Below are positions 26,731 to 40,500 of a DNA stretch of 64,000 nucleotides, in pieces. The stretch covers positions 1,374,074 to 1,438,073 of the forward strand of contig NW_003314273.1 in the NCBI RefSeq assembly GCF_000143415.4, given 5' to 3'. The position numbers and the translations under genes are program-made. Under the pieces are notes generated by a model that worked only from the letters and a program-made list of their open reading frames with translations, did no database searches and was not told where the DNA came from. Positions within the stretch are counted from its first letter, which is position 1. The number at the start of each line of letters is the position of its first letter. The DNA comes from Selaginella moellendorffii. Taxonomy: Eukaryota; Plantae; Lycopodiophyta.

Positions 26731-26929
26731 ATAGTGGAAGATGAACATGGGATGCCAACACCACTGATTTGTAGTTAAAAAGTAGATTTTAAATCTATTT
26801 TCCTTACTTCTTGAAACTAATATGTGTTTTGTCAAGGTGTTTTGCAAGTCCTTGCGTAAAATGCCTCAACAATTGGAGAGCATATAAGGACAGGAATGAC
26901 AAGGGTCGCATTCATACAGCAACCATGTC

Positions 26930-27710
26930 GCAAAACTACATCAAGCAGAAAAACCTCTGGCCTTCAACTGTTTCTTTGAAAAAAACGAGTCTCGGAAGCA
27001 TACCCCCGTGCGCATTTGATTGAGCCCCTCATTGGCAGTCACTAAAAGGTAACCATTCATCACTGCTGTGGAATCCAGGCTGCTTTCCAGGCTTCACTGG
27101 CAGCGATCCCATGGTAGTGGTGAAGATCTATGCTCGAGAGGTGAGCCAGATGATGCTAGAAGCGCTTGGGGAATCTGAATTGGAAAGATGAACAATTTCA
27201 GTCAGGCAGAGAGCTTTCCTCTGCCGCTGGGAACGTCATGCTACTCCAATATTTTCTTCAGTAACAAGAGCTTCGGCGGATTTCTCTCGAAGGTGAAATC
27301 CTCGCTCCTGGACATTTCTCAGACATTGTTGCTGGGCGGCCAGAGGAGGAGGCACTGGAGGCGATGCATACGCTTGTGCAGGCGTTTTAAACCTCTTGGA
27401 CAATGAGAAGGCTGTGAGGACCTTCGTGCCGCTGCTAAAGTCCCAGGAATTGCTCAAGGAGCTCTCTTTCATGAACAATGGGATCTCCATCATGCTGTAT
27501 GGGAGATCATCACCACCACCAGCTCTCTCAAGCTCTTCCACGTCCACAACAACATGACTGGTGATCAAGGGGCCAGATCTCTCGCCAGGCTCGTTGAGAA
27601 GGTTGCCCAGCTCGAGAACTTTCTCTTCTCGTCGACTAGAGTTGGGTGGCACTGGCTTCGGCCATGGCTGATGGAACCAACCTCAAATTTCTCGACTTGA
27701 GAGACAACAG
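26930..27710 (+). pseudogene. RANGAP: Plant RanGAP (WPP domain plus LRR) fragment
   Basis: VKIYAREVSQMMLEAL (WPP domain), FSNKSFG, SDIVAGRPEEEAL, FMNNGIS, HNNMTGDQGA, FSSTRVG, LDLRDN. Deletions and frameshifts. Confidence 0.85.
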
Positions 27711-27745
27711 GTCCTGGAGGTGGTGCTGTGCTTGGAAAATTTCAA

Positions 27746-28228
27746 TCATGTTGAATCTACATACCGTGCCATGAAAAAACTTTCCCGGATTTTGTACATA
27801 TTAAAGAGCGCTCTACATTTCCTAGCGCTGCTGTTGTTATCAGATATGCAACCAGGAAACGGGTTGTCAAATAAATAGTCTTCATGCTTTGGGACGGGAG
27901 TGGGAACTCTTAGAGCTGGACCTTTGTGCAGCATTTTCACTTGAAACGCAAATTCATCTCAAGACATATTCCCAGCTCCACAGCCATCAATGAGCCGAAT
28001 AAGCTTTTGCCTGGAGGAGAGTGGAACAAAAGTTAAGGAATTGGAAAAACTATAAACATAGCATGAAGCCATGTTTCCATCATGTGTGAACATGAAGACA
28101 TCGCTCTCAAGTGCCACTGTGTAATCCACAGCCGAGAGCCTGTTTTGGTACCTGGCGAGTGTTGAAAGCTCCTCATAAATTGCCAATGTTGAATGCAAGT
28201 ACACGCCTGGAAAGATCTTCTTCAGCAA
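27746..28228 (-). pseudogene. Plant O-fucosyltransferase family (GT106-like) 3' fragment
   Basis: NRLSAVDYTVALESDVFMFTHDGNMA and EDYLFDNPFPGCI. In-frame stop at 27959, no 5' exons. Confidence 0.85.
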
Positions 28229-28564
28229 CCTATCTATGAGAAATCGGTGATAGTCTTTCTACTACTGGCAATTCCTGTCATATGATTTCTTGTGTTCTTG
28301 TAACTACTGTTAGTAGGGCAGTGAGACAAAAAAAAACAAACAAACAAACAAAAAATGGGTTTAATGTCAGAGAATGAAAATGGCAAATGTGAGCAACATT
28401 CTTGGTAAGATGGAAAAACAATGCATACGTTGTAAGGCCCTTTTTTTATGATGGGAAATGTTTTCAATTGTGATTGTGACAGGAGAATAGCAACTGAAAA
28501 ATCACTTCCTTTTCCATGCTTTCTCCAAAGACTATTAATTTTAAAGATTTAATACAAAATTATA

Positions 28565-28965
28565 GTAGTGCAGCATCAATGGGTGCAAACATTGAAGAGA
28601 TTGCAGTAGGTGGCCCCAATTAATTTAAGATATATGAACAAATTTAACATAATATTGGAAGTTTTAAATCAAATAATGAAAAATATTTACAATTATATAT
28701 TCTAGATACCTCTTGAGAAACAGAAATAAGAATGAAAAAAAAACACATTTCTAAATGCAATAAGCATCTAATGGGTGATCTTGATAAATAATTAAAAGAG
28801 ATAAATCCCTATGCTAATGCATTCACAATGTTGTCAAAAATAGAGAATAAAGTGTTAAATTCAACAAAAATTCAAGGAGGTTTAAGTGATATTGTATCAT
28901 CTTGGATCAGTTATAAAGCAATTAGATAACTGATCCAAGATGATACAATACACCAGGTTCAAATG
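28565..28965 (+). mobile_element. Helitron RepHel N-terminal remnant
   Basis: SMGANIEE..GGPN*FKIYEQI*HNIGS...YLQLYILDT, LKEINPYANAF and DPR*YNTP match Helitron N-terminal motifs. Confidence 0.75.
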
Positions 28966-29436
28966 ATTTTAAACCCTAAACCCTAAACAAAAATAATTTT
29001 GTTGTACAAAGATGGTATTCATTTGATGAATAATTTTAACTATATCTACTATATACCATCTTTGTACAACAAAATTTTGTTTAATTTTAATAATATAGTA
29101 TCAAATCAATTAAATACTCTTTGTTCTAATTTGAGTGATTCGATACTACATTGATCCCATAGTGAGAAATTTCATTTATAAAAGATCCAAGACTTCACTC
29201 ACCAATCAGAGTTTTAATTGTGATATAATGTTAGATATTTATTATGTGATAGAGTCAATTTTAGAAGGGATTTTTTATATAAATATTATATTATTTTTAA
29301 CTATGTATGTTATTTGTTAAAAATTACAATTACAATTACAACTCTTTGAAATTACTAAAACATCAGGAATAAACACAATGCTCCCAGCATAGTTGGGACT
29401 TTTTAGTTTCAATTAATTTTGACTTTTTAAACGAAT

Positions 29437-32400
29437 ATGCCAATAGGGTTTTCAAGGATGATCGACCTTGCTGATAAGTGTATCCAACTGGGTCTGCAAT
29501 ATCCAGATTCAATCGAGTGGCACAACTGGATCCCGGGAAGAGAGTATCACAAAATCTTATATGTGAGAAACAAAATTTATAAAACTCAAGTAAGTCTCTT
29601 CCTTTTCAATTTTGTTTAGTGAAGTCGTCGATTCAGGTTATACAATGGTGTGCTCCTCCATCGTCTCAGTTTTGGACGACTTACAACGAGCCTGTGAGGC
29701 TGAATGGGCTCGTTACTGTGGCCATTGGCGTTGTGTTCAGGCCCTCAAAGCTGCAGTGGTACGAAAGCGTGATCGAATTTTCGTCCACAAAGGTATTGTT
29801 TAGTGTGCCTTGAGCATTCCCTTATGAGATAATTTATTTAGGGAGATTTTTCCGTGACCCTGAGAGGAATTCCTCCGCTGGTATGCCTCAGTTTCCAAAA
29901 GGCCTTGTGGCTGGGATACTGTCCAGTGAATGATTTTACTGAAAGGAAGTTCATCATGAGGAACCTTGGTGATACCATCTTGACGGCGAGCTGGAAAGTC
30001 CATCTTCCTTTCACAATTGCTCCAGAAAAAGTCACTATAAATCCTGGAGATGCTCTCTTGGCTACCGGAAGGTTTGCTCCAAGGAAAGCTGGCCCGTACG
30101 AAGCTGTGGTAATTGAATGCAAGTTTCTCTTAAGGGGTTTAAAGATCTTCGTGTTTATTTTTCTTACTCTCAACTTTTGATTTTAATTTAGGCATTGTGC
30201 GGGATTGGTGGCATGTCTGTCAAGCTTCAACTGCATGGAGTTGGAAAGCATTCTTTCCTTACACTATCCCAAACGATGATAAACTTTGGATCTCTTTTCC
30301 TTGGCACTGTCAGAGTGATATACTTGAAAGTCACTAATAATTCTGCAGTTCCCTCATTTTATCGGCTAAAAAGACTTAATACTGATTCCGACTTCATGGT
30401 GGAGCCCGCAGAAGGAACTATACCAGAAGGATCAACACATTATTTAAAGGTAGCAATAATTGGTTTTTTACTATCTGCTTTGAACTTTCTGAGTCTTTGT
30501 AGCTAACATATAGACCTACTGTTGCTGGTTCGTGTCCCGTGGAACACTTCGACCTTGTTGTCCCACAAACCAGCCCAGTTTCGTTTACTTGCGTTGGTGG
30601 AGTATTGAGGCCAACAGTAAGAATCTCATCTTTTACTGTCAGCTTTGGCACTGTCGAGTCAGGGGGACACAGCTCACGCTCCATCACATTGAAAAATCAG
30701 ACAGATCTGCCCGTACTGTTTCAATTTATGCCGGGTGACATGGGGGTATTCCAGTTCCATGAATCAAATGGCTGCATTGCTCCAAGAAGCACAGTGATAC
30801 TGACGGTCAAGTTTAAGCCCATAGAGCCTGCCAATTACTACGTGCGTGTCATGTGCATTATCAAAGATCAGTATCCCTTATATTGTGATCTGGTTGGTAC
30901 TTGCTACAGGGACATCGTGAGAGCATCAACTTTGATGTCCTACCATATAGATCGTCATCGACAGTCATTAATTGACCGAAAAGGAAAAAAACCCGAGCCT
31001 ATGACTACAAACTTTTGGAGCTCCGACAGGACACAAGTTGCTGAGGGCGATGAGTCGGAGGTGGAAGATTTTGATCAATGGAACATGAGCACAGTATCAG
31101 AGCACGGTACAACGACGGTTCCTGATATGCTCAAAGGCCTTCTAGTGCCTCGAGAGAACAGAAAGAGTATGTTGGGGGACTTTTTTGTGGATTCTATTCC
31201 GGTTTTTTCCAAAGCTGTAATGAAAGCTAACGAAGTCTGGGACGAATATTTTAATGGGAGCATGGACGGATGGGACCCGGTGACCCTGGATGTGACACAG
31301 GTTGACTTTGGCATGTGTGAATGCAATGGTTCCTCTCGTACGAAGAACGTAACTGTGAAGAACAATTCCAGAGGTGGTCATGTGAACATCATCTGGGTGA
31401 TCCGGGAACCGCATCTGGAGATGATCAAGCCAACGGGAGCCTATGTTGACAGTGACTTCAGCGAGATGATGTATTACAAAAATTTTGACCCGGTATTTCA
31501 GGTCTGCCCGCCGGTCGCTCGAATCAACGCTGGAGATCTGTTCACTTTTAATGTGACTTACAAGCCAAAGCTTCCAAACTTTTACTACTTCAAGCACATG
31601 GCTTGCTTTGTCTACGACATCAGCAGCTCCAAGGGTACATCAAACGTGCTACCGCCTTGGACTATCATTGGTTCTTGTTTTGGTCATACTTTCCATTCTC
31701 ACTCATGGGAAGTTCGTCCAGAGGCATTCTTTGATCCAGGCAGAGTTGTGTTTCAACCAGCGCTGCAGGGATCATGCGTCTACCAAACTGTGGCTCTCCG
31801 CAACCTGAAACACACTGCCTTGAGGTAGTTTGAAGAAGGTAAGTCTATTTATTGATCATTTATGACAGCTGTGCAGATTTTTCTTTCCTCGGGAGTTCCT
31901 TTGGCCCGAGTTTTCACTGACTCCTATGGAGGGTGTTATTCCAGGTAATGGCTTTCAGCTTATTAGCTTCAGATTTACTGCTGGTCACCTGGGGTTTTTT
32001 GCCAACAAGATTATCTGTAGATTAAATCATTCAATGGTCGATGAGCTTCTTATCACTTTGTATGCAAGTTCTCATATCCCCAAGGTGCAAATGAAATCTA
32101 CTTATGTCCAAACAATCCTGACAGACTGTTACTCCAGATGGAGGTTTCTAATGGCACCAGCATTTGTTTTAAGCCAACAAACATTGGCACGCGAGAACAT
32201 TTACCAATTATCCTCACCAACACAAGTGACATTGCTTTGCAGTATGACTGCCTCGTGCCGATGGAATATGGAGACATAATTTCTCTCTCTCCGGCATCTG
32301 GAGTTTTACGAGGAAAGGAAAAGCAGGAGGTGATTTGCACTTTTAGTCCACTTGATGAGAAGTACTACTCGTTTCAAATATCCTGCTCCTACTCTGGTTG

Positions 32401-34795
32401 CATTGAGATGGCCTATTACCAAGAGCACAAAGTCCTGACGAGGAACTGTCCAACTCCCAAAACGGATTATTTCACATTGGACATTGATGGAGAGGGACTA
32501 GTTGGAGTTATCACTGTGGAGCCCGGAAGGGCCGACTTTGGGATGCTAGTAGTCAATAACCAATACGAACACAAGCTTAGCTTATACAATTCTACCAAGG
32601 GTCTCCTGGAATATGCTCTTAGCTGCCACTCATTGTCCATTACCTCAGACAAGTACTCGATTACTTTCGACGCTCCTACAGACTCTATAGCACCCAAATC
32701 ATACAAGGACGTTATGGTGTTGTTTACGCTCAAGTACAATATACATTATAAGATGGACATCCAATGCAAAACGCTGGCTCCCACAACTGACGAATGTCTC
32801 GCCAAGCACAAGCCTGTCGGCACTTACACAACATGTGCTTTCTCGGCTGTTGCTGCGTATCCAGGTGTAGTTATTTCGGGGGTTAGGAGTGAGAGGCTCA
32901 GCGCTGCTCAGCTCTGGAGTCGCTTGCGGATAGACGACTTGAATCACGCGCTGAGCGAGCCTCCAAGACCAGCTCTTACGAACTCGGTCTACAAGTATCT
33001 TTTTGGCCTTGGAAAGCCACTGGACGACTTTAAGCCATTCATGCTCCGGTTCATGGCTCAAAATGTCGGACGGAAGCCTTCAGTGGTGCACATTGTTTTT
33101 ACTTGTCGAGTTCCTCTCACGGTCTCATGGAAGATTCGGCTTTGGAATGACACCGAGGTTGACATAGAAAGCTGGGTAGAAGATGGCGAGCCAAGCGAAG
33201 AAGAAAAGCGACTGGTGCAGGTCTGGAAAATGAAGCTCTTTGAGGTGGAACCGAGGCGAGGGGTGATCCAGCCAGGCGAGGAAGTACATGTGAGATTCAC
33301 CTACTACCACAAAATTGAAGGCTTTCACAGTTTCCCTGCCATTTTTGAGATAGAGGGTGGCTGCGTGGTCCAGTTGATGCTCAGTGGCAAAACCCTTCCT
33401 TTCTCACAGAAGATTCTGGGTTTACAGAGTCCAGCCTATACCCTCGTGCCCATTGTCATCGGAGACATTAATCCACCAGTCCAAACTTATGAGCTCCGGA
33501 ACGATGGCTACATGGAACTAGTGTACGAGCTCGACACCAGCCCTCTGCGACAGATGCAAGACGAGAACCATGGGTTTCCTGTGCTCCAGTGCTTTAATCC
33601 CAAAGGATGGATAGCTCCTTCGGAATCTATTCTTTTGAAATGGCTCTTTCAGCCACTGGAACCAAAACTTTATTCAGTCAGACTAACTTTCTACGTCGAG
33701 GGTGGAAAGCAAAACAACCTCGACATCCAGGGAATGGGATTCAGCTCCACGGAGAGAGCCTCTCTCCGTTACACACAGCTAAGGCCGCCCTTTGGAAAAG
33801 CGTACATGTGGTCTGGGTTGCCGGCCAAGCTCTCAACTGAGTTCTTGGACTTTGGCCACGTCAAGGAGCTCACCCTTACTCAGAAGCTGGTGAGCATCCA
33901 AAACGTCTCAGATGAGTATGAGGTGTCTTACAATTGGAGGAACAGCATGGCAGCCGATTTTATGATATACGGTGACTTTGACGTGTTTCCTCGGAGTGGA
34001 GTTATCCAGCCACAGGAAGAGATTCTATGCAAGGTGAGATTCAGGGCCGGGATTCAGCCTCAGTACTTTATGACAACTCTCTATTGCGACATTGCCGTCG
34101 TGAATTTGGAGCCACCTCCCCGGCAAGTTCTTATCCAGCCATCGACTCCTGAAGAAGTGATTGACAGAGACGGGTATAGACTCGGCACAGGAGTTTACAA
34201 CAAAATGTTCAGGCACATTCCAGTCATTAACCAGTGTCCTGAAGGAATGCGAGGCAGGTTACCACACTTTACACCCAGGCCCCTGTCAGCACTGCCGACG
34301 CCACCCAAGATTGCTGTTCCGCCCGACCAGGTTCTTTTTCTCACTGTCAACACGGAAGTGCACACGGCTGAAAAGTTTCATTCGACAAGCGAGCGGGTTA
34401 TGAAGGAATTTATCTCCTTTCGGGACGACCAAGATGAGAAAAGGCTGAATGAATCATCAAGAGAGGTCCAATCAGAGATGGCAGGTCTGATGCTCATGGA
34501 GATGCTCCAAGAGTTCCTTTTTGAAGAGGCCAAAGATAGCGACCAGAGCTCCTTCCGGGCCTTCGATGACAAGCGAGTGGTCTACTTTGAAGAGATCAAA
34601 GGATTGTCAAGCCAGGGAGCTGATTGCACTAAGGCAAAGATAAAACTGGACAAACTTGACTGGGAGGATGCTTTTAAAGTGACTCAGAAGAACATGGTGG
34701 AACTTGTTCTGGACAGTCTTTTATTTGGCACTGTCAAGGATATGTGTGAAAATAGCTTCACTAGCTGCACCAGAAGTTCTAGGCAGTGCAAATAG
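29437..34795 (+). CDS. CFAP65: Cilia- and flagella-associated protein 65 (CFAP65/CCDC108), multi-exon, repeated ASH/Ig-like domains
   Basis: IEWHNWIPGREYHK N-terminus and repeated FG....LxN / P.EG.I ASH-type motifs. GT-AG introns 29590-29636, 29793-29841 and 30109-30191 preserve frame. Large exons fall in ORFs 30539-31828 and 32138-34795. Confidence 0.85.
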
Positions 34796-36714
34796 AATTA
34801 CATTAGCATCAAATTAAATGAAAAAAATTCGTATATTAAGCTGAGAAGCTACACAATTCACACAATCAACAAAAAGGTCACTTTATTTCAAGAAGATTTT
34901 AAACCATGTCAAGGCATGCTGCTTGCAAAATGGTTATTCTTCCCGCAGTTCCAGTTAACACACTCAATTTCATCGTCATGGATTTTTCGACTTTAAAGGA
35001 TTCTATCATCTTTGGAGACCCTTTCGAAGTACAATTTATCGAATTTTCTATAAAATCAATGGATGCACCTTGTTAGTCTTCACTGACATCCTAGAAAGCC
35101 AGTGCAAGTAGAAGCTACAGCTAAATCTCGCAGAGCCACCATAGCCAACTCTCTTTCTTAGAAAGAACCCCGATTTTCAATTCCTTAAATTGCTTTCACT
35201 TTCTTATACTTTATTTTTCTGATTCCTCATAATTTCTGCCGATCCCTTGACCTGGCATGGTTGCATAAACAAATCACGATAAATGCACGAGCGAGTTGGG
35301 AAAGAAAAACGCAATTCCTCGTATTACTGCAAATGTAATGTCTCAAAGTCAAAGAAAAACAGGTGTACAGAAAGTCTAGATGTTGAGCAGTAGAGGTGGC
35401 TCTGGCTCTTTTTTCTCCTCTGCTTGTTGGTTCGTTCTAGCAGTGACGAGGTTTACTAAACTTGTCTGCCTCAAGATAGGTGCAATTCCTCCAGTTACAC
35501 CAAAATGTAACGTCTCAAAGTCAAAGAGAACATTTGCCTGACCTGCATAAGAGAAACAACAGGTTACATTGATTCATGATACGCAGATAATGTTTTCTTT
35601 TGCAGCTTTTTCTACTTGCTTTTTTCATCAGTGGATCCTTGTGAAACACGTTCACCATGCCCTTGAAGGCCTCCTCTTTGTTATTAGCATTGCTGTTGCT
35701 TGCTAGCTTTGTCAAGAGTGGTGGGAAGCCCAACTCTACTGCGTTAAACCTAAGAATGTATAACTGTTAAAATGGTTTACCATACTGCATTTTATTAGGG
35801 GGTTCTTTAGTCACTAGCCAGTGCAAGACATAATGAGATGGGAACTCTTTATCAGGCTAAGCATACTTTACACGGCTTGACAAGTTTATGGATTTTCTAT
35901 TCCTTAAATTGCTTTCATTCTATCAGAGAAAACCGTGCAAACATATTTTATACGGCTTGGTATCTAGCTGGTAACTGATCGAGGTTTATATGTTATCTCA
36001 AGTGATCTGATCTTTTCTCTTCTTTTCTGTCTTGCCTTCAACTAAGGCAAAAAAGCCGGTGCTGGTCATTGTGCAATGTGCTTATTTTTTCTTAATTCAA
36101 GAGGATTTTTCCTTTGTGCTACTCCTGCAGTTTTTCTTAGCACTGATTGTGATTTATTTGCAAACTTATTGTGATGTTCATGGCAAACTTGGCTGCGACT
36201 GTAGCCTCGTGATGTGATCCTGAGTCGTGTGATCTTTACTTCCATCATGGAATACTTTGAAGACCGGTCTTGCTCTTCGTTCTCTTTCTCTCCCCTTCTT
36301 TTTTCTTCCGTTATTCCAGGAGTGCCATGCTACTATATCTGCCCACGTTTTTGGGTGGGTAACGGGCAGCATAGACCTTTATTGTTCCTCAGCAGCCGAG
36401 GATGCAAATTCAAGGGCGACTTGACTCTCTCAAGTCTCGGATATGACAATTGCATCGTCATCCAGCTTCGTCAAGCTTCGACCTTCCTGTTCTGGTTCCT
36501 GGAGGCGGGAGGAGGATGGTGGTCACTGCACAGTTGGCTGTGATCGACAGCAACTTGGCAATAAAAGGCGTGGCGGGAGCTAGGGCTGGGAGAGGATGAT
36601 CTCGGGAACAGAACCGAAGGTATAATGAGTACGGGGGATCCAGATCCAAGCAAGGTGAGAGTTTTGACCTAGCATGGACTCCAGTAAGCCTCGGCCAGGC
36701 TTACGCCCATTTTA

Positions 36715-38340
36715 TGGTGGAGATGAGAGGCAATTCATCACATCTGAGCTTGGCATACTGGAGTCTATAACTGAAGCTTGCTTTCTCTTTTTTACCTGGT
36801 TGAGCATGAGGGCCTGCGGACATGCCTTGCCTAGTAACGTGCCTATGTGAGGGACACATGGCTGAAGGGACTCTCATGGACAGCCAGTGTGACCAGAGAG
36901 GTTTGGTCATAGGGTATGGCATCCAAAGGTTGGAGCCACCCCACATCCAGCCAGGGCTGAGGAACGAGCTGGGCTGAGTAGGCCAGTGAGGGGGAATCTT
37001 GGTGGTCCACGCCAAGTGCTGTGGTACCTTTCTTGTCTTGCATGGACTGGGTGGTGGACCTTCTTTTCTTCATAGCTTTGGTGTGACCACAAGGGTGTGC
37101 TTAACCTCACATGAAAAATCCCACGTAGGAAGCATGGCATCTCCACTGTCATGAGGATTGGCATCTGGTGTTATGATCTGGTGCAAAAAAGCAAAGATTT
37201 AGCCGCCCTAGACTATGCTATGCCACCTCTTGAGGTTCCTCACCACTGTGATCCCTAGGGTAAGTGAAGCCCCTTACCCTAGCATGCCTTAATATACCCT
37301 TGAGCCTCCTTTTGACCAATGTTGACCACGTGGTTAAAGTTGGTGCCTAACATTTGGCCACATAGGGATTCGAATGCTCCACTCCCTCCTAGAGAAAGGA
37401 GGATATGCCTGACCAGTTGTCTAAGGAACCACAAGTGGAGGGCTGCTTGACAAAGCTGGCTGCAGTCATGGTTGCACTTCTGAAGGACCCCCAAGTTTCA
37501 CAGTGCTTGGGCAAATTACCAGCAGTAGTGGGAAACGTAACAACTGGAAAAGAGCTCTTCCACCCAGAAGTTTCATCATTGGCTTGCATCAAGTATCCCA
37601 TGTATAAAATGGGAGAAGGCTTTGAGATCTACATAGAGATTTTTGAGTATGCAGGGCATAACAACAAGGTGGCCAGACAAGAGAAGGACAATGCATTATG
37701 CATTGTGGAACAAAAACTCTTTATGGCTTATCAAAGTGGAGTCAAAGAAGAGTCCTGGGACAATGTGGCCGCTGTCTCTTCCAGCTTGGACAGCCTGCTG
37801 AATGTACCTTCCTCACAATGAGGGATCACATATTCAAAAGAGGCAAGTCAGTGCAACAGTACTGGGCGGATGCTAAACAATGATGCAGCAATAACAGAGG
37901 GTATGGTGTTTTATAGCAGGTTCCCGAGTGATATCTTTCAAGTCATCTTCCTTTTCAAATGCATTGGACTTGAGGACATGCTCCACATGGCTGACAAAAC
38001 AGTCAAGGAATGGAAGTGAAGGTTGTCCAGGTGAAGGCTGCCATAGTAGACTTGAGAAGCAACTCAGAAGAGGAAGACTTAGAAGATTTGAATACTTTGA
38101 GGTGGCAGCTTGATGCAGCAAATACAAGGGTGGTAGAGACACCCAAACGTCACCCACAGCAGAACATGGGACATTTTGGGCTGTGGTGTTTTGAGCACCA
38201 CAATGCTCTTGTCCTGGGACATATGTGTGATCTTGTGGCCTGCTAGTGTCCTCAGGAGGAAGTAGTTGTATAAGGGAGAGTTTAGAGCTACCTGAACAAG
38301 ATATTTCCTGCGCGATCTTCAGCAAGGTGTGGATCACAAA
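36715..38340 (+). mobile_element. Decayed retrotransposon leader and gag-like remnant
   Basis: PBS-like TGGTGGAGATG at 36715 (resembles the complement of a tRNA-Ala 3' end). Gag-like FEIYIEIFE and RGKSVQQY segments broken by stops. Confidence 0.45.
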
Positions 38341-39299
38341 GAAGTTTGTATTTTTTTTTGCATTTGAGGATATATGAATACACAAAGAAATACCACTAAG
38401 CAATATGGAACATCTTCCAAACTTATTCAAACGATTTGTGTATAAATTAAAATATTGTGAAAATAAAATAATATTCTGAAATTTTTTATAATTTTTCTAT
38501 ATAAAAAATTGTCATGGAATAAAAAATAGCTAAATATATATATTATAAGAATTTTTTCATTCTGAAATAATGTCTCATGCTTATCAAAATTTAAGCCAAA
38601 CTGTAAGATAATCAAAATAAATTATTATATAAAAGACTATTTAGCAAAAAGGTTGTAACAATTAAGTTAAATTAATATTAATAAATATATTATCTAAAAA
38701 ATATAAAGAAAATTATAAAATACCTAAAAGTTTATTACATTTTATGTTACTGAATGTTTCATTATATATTGATTAATTTTAGCCATAAGTGTTTGGGTCC
38801 AGATAAAGATTCAATGCTATGTTCTGTCATTGAAATATTTTCAATATATATAAAATTTACTAACAATTTCATAAAAATAAATTTATAATATTATTTATTT
38901 TCTTTCATTCATAATAAAACCACTGTTAGTAAGAACTGAAATTATCGTTTTAAATATTTAGAAAATCACATAATAAATAAATTAAAAAGAAAACATTAAT
39001 ACAGTTAAATAATAAATATAAATATATTTTTCTATTTACTATATATTTAGAACTTACAGAGATCCTTATCAACTTTTAAATCTTATTTTTAACTACTGTA
39101 TTGTTTAGAATATTTTTGTAGTACACATAAATATTTCATAAATATGGATGTACAAAATAATTTTGCATTCCTATTATTCAGCATTAAAATAATATTAAAA
39201 AAAATGTATACTTTATAATTTGGTAAAACAGTATTAAGCACTATATATTTATAAATATCTTATATTCTAAATATTTCCTGCTGTATATCAGCATATCAG

Positions 39300-40500
39300 G
39301 ATATTTCAAAATAAGGTGTAGTGATGTTAATAGAAATCAAAGTTAAATATATGGATGAGGAAGTACCCATGTTTCAATTAGCTGGATGTTAGAGAGATTT
39401 TTGATATGATTGATTGCTCATTACTTGGTTTGGGTAATTCCAAGAACATTTACATACTTTCAATAATGAGCATTGAGATTAAATAATATCAACTTTATAT
39501 ATCATATAGTACTCCTCTACAAAATCTAGAGTTTTCTAAATTATAGATAAATAAAAAAATCAAAGGCTAGAATGGGTGAGTGGATATCCTTATGTTTAAT
39601 CATCATATGACTTGAGAATTATACTGTATAGAGCTTTAATTTTTGAGAATTTCTTTCATGTAATGCACTGATGAAGAATGGCATTGAGTTTTTCCTTCTA
39701 GGGTTTTGATATAGTCTTTCTGGATATATTAAATGCATAACTAAATGAGGTAGAAGCAAAAACATTTGGTAGTGACATTATTTCCTTATAATGGTTATAG
39801 AAGATAAAATGATAATAAATTACTAGTCATAAAAAAGTGTTAATATATTTAGAATTTATCCTGTAGCTAATTAATTATAGTAAATTTAGAAAATAGAATG
39901 TGGTGGATAAATATGTATATAAATAAAACTTGGACCTAAAAAATTACATTAGTTACTGTTACTAAAATGACTAATTTTATATGAGATGAAGTTGTGGTTC
40001 AAAGTATTGAAGTAAATTTAATTTGATATTTTAATTTATATATAAAAATAATACTTGATTGATGATAGAATATTGTTAAAAATCACATAAATTTATACAA
40101 GTACAGATATAAAAAATACCTTCAAGTAAGAATAATGATGAAGAAGTGATATAATATATAGAGGAAACTTCATAAATTGATATAAAGGAATTCAAGGCTC
40201 TAGCTATTCCATCTTGTAATACAGTCATTAGAGAAATTAATCACATTGAGTTTTTGGCTAGATCAGATATTTACTATAGTTTAATATTTGTAAACTGTTA
40301 CAAATTTATAACAATTTTATTTAGTCTGCATTAATATTTTCTATTAATTAAAATTTTGATACATAAAAAAAAGTTATAAATATGATTCAGACATTGTTAA
40401 TATAAGGGTTACACAATACAATAAGCTACTATATAAGAAATGTGATTCATCACCACTTAGTGTGAAATGCTATCAGGTCCTAGAAAATCATCATATAAAG
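39300..40500 (+). mobile_element. Highly decayed, AT-rich Helitron (PIF1-like) helicase remnant
   Basis: Remnant motifs in the expected order: KVKYMDEEVPM (Walker B-like), ALAIPSCNTVIREIN, GLHN...CEMLSGP. Confidence 0.45.

Noticed and set aside
30119-30191. GC-AG intron in CFAP65
   Set aside because: A canonical GT donor at 30109 gives the correct phase.
35160-35920. Short duplicated segments (TTCCTTAAATTGCTTTCA; AAATGTAAYGTCTCAAAGTCAAAGA)
   Set aside because: Two-copy local duplications with no further structure or supportable function.
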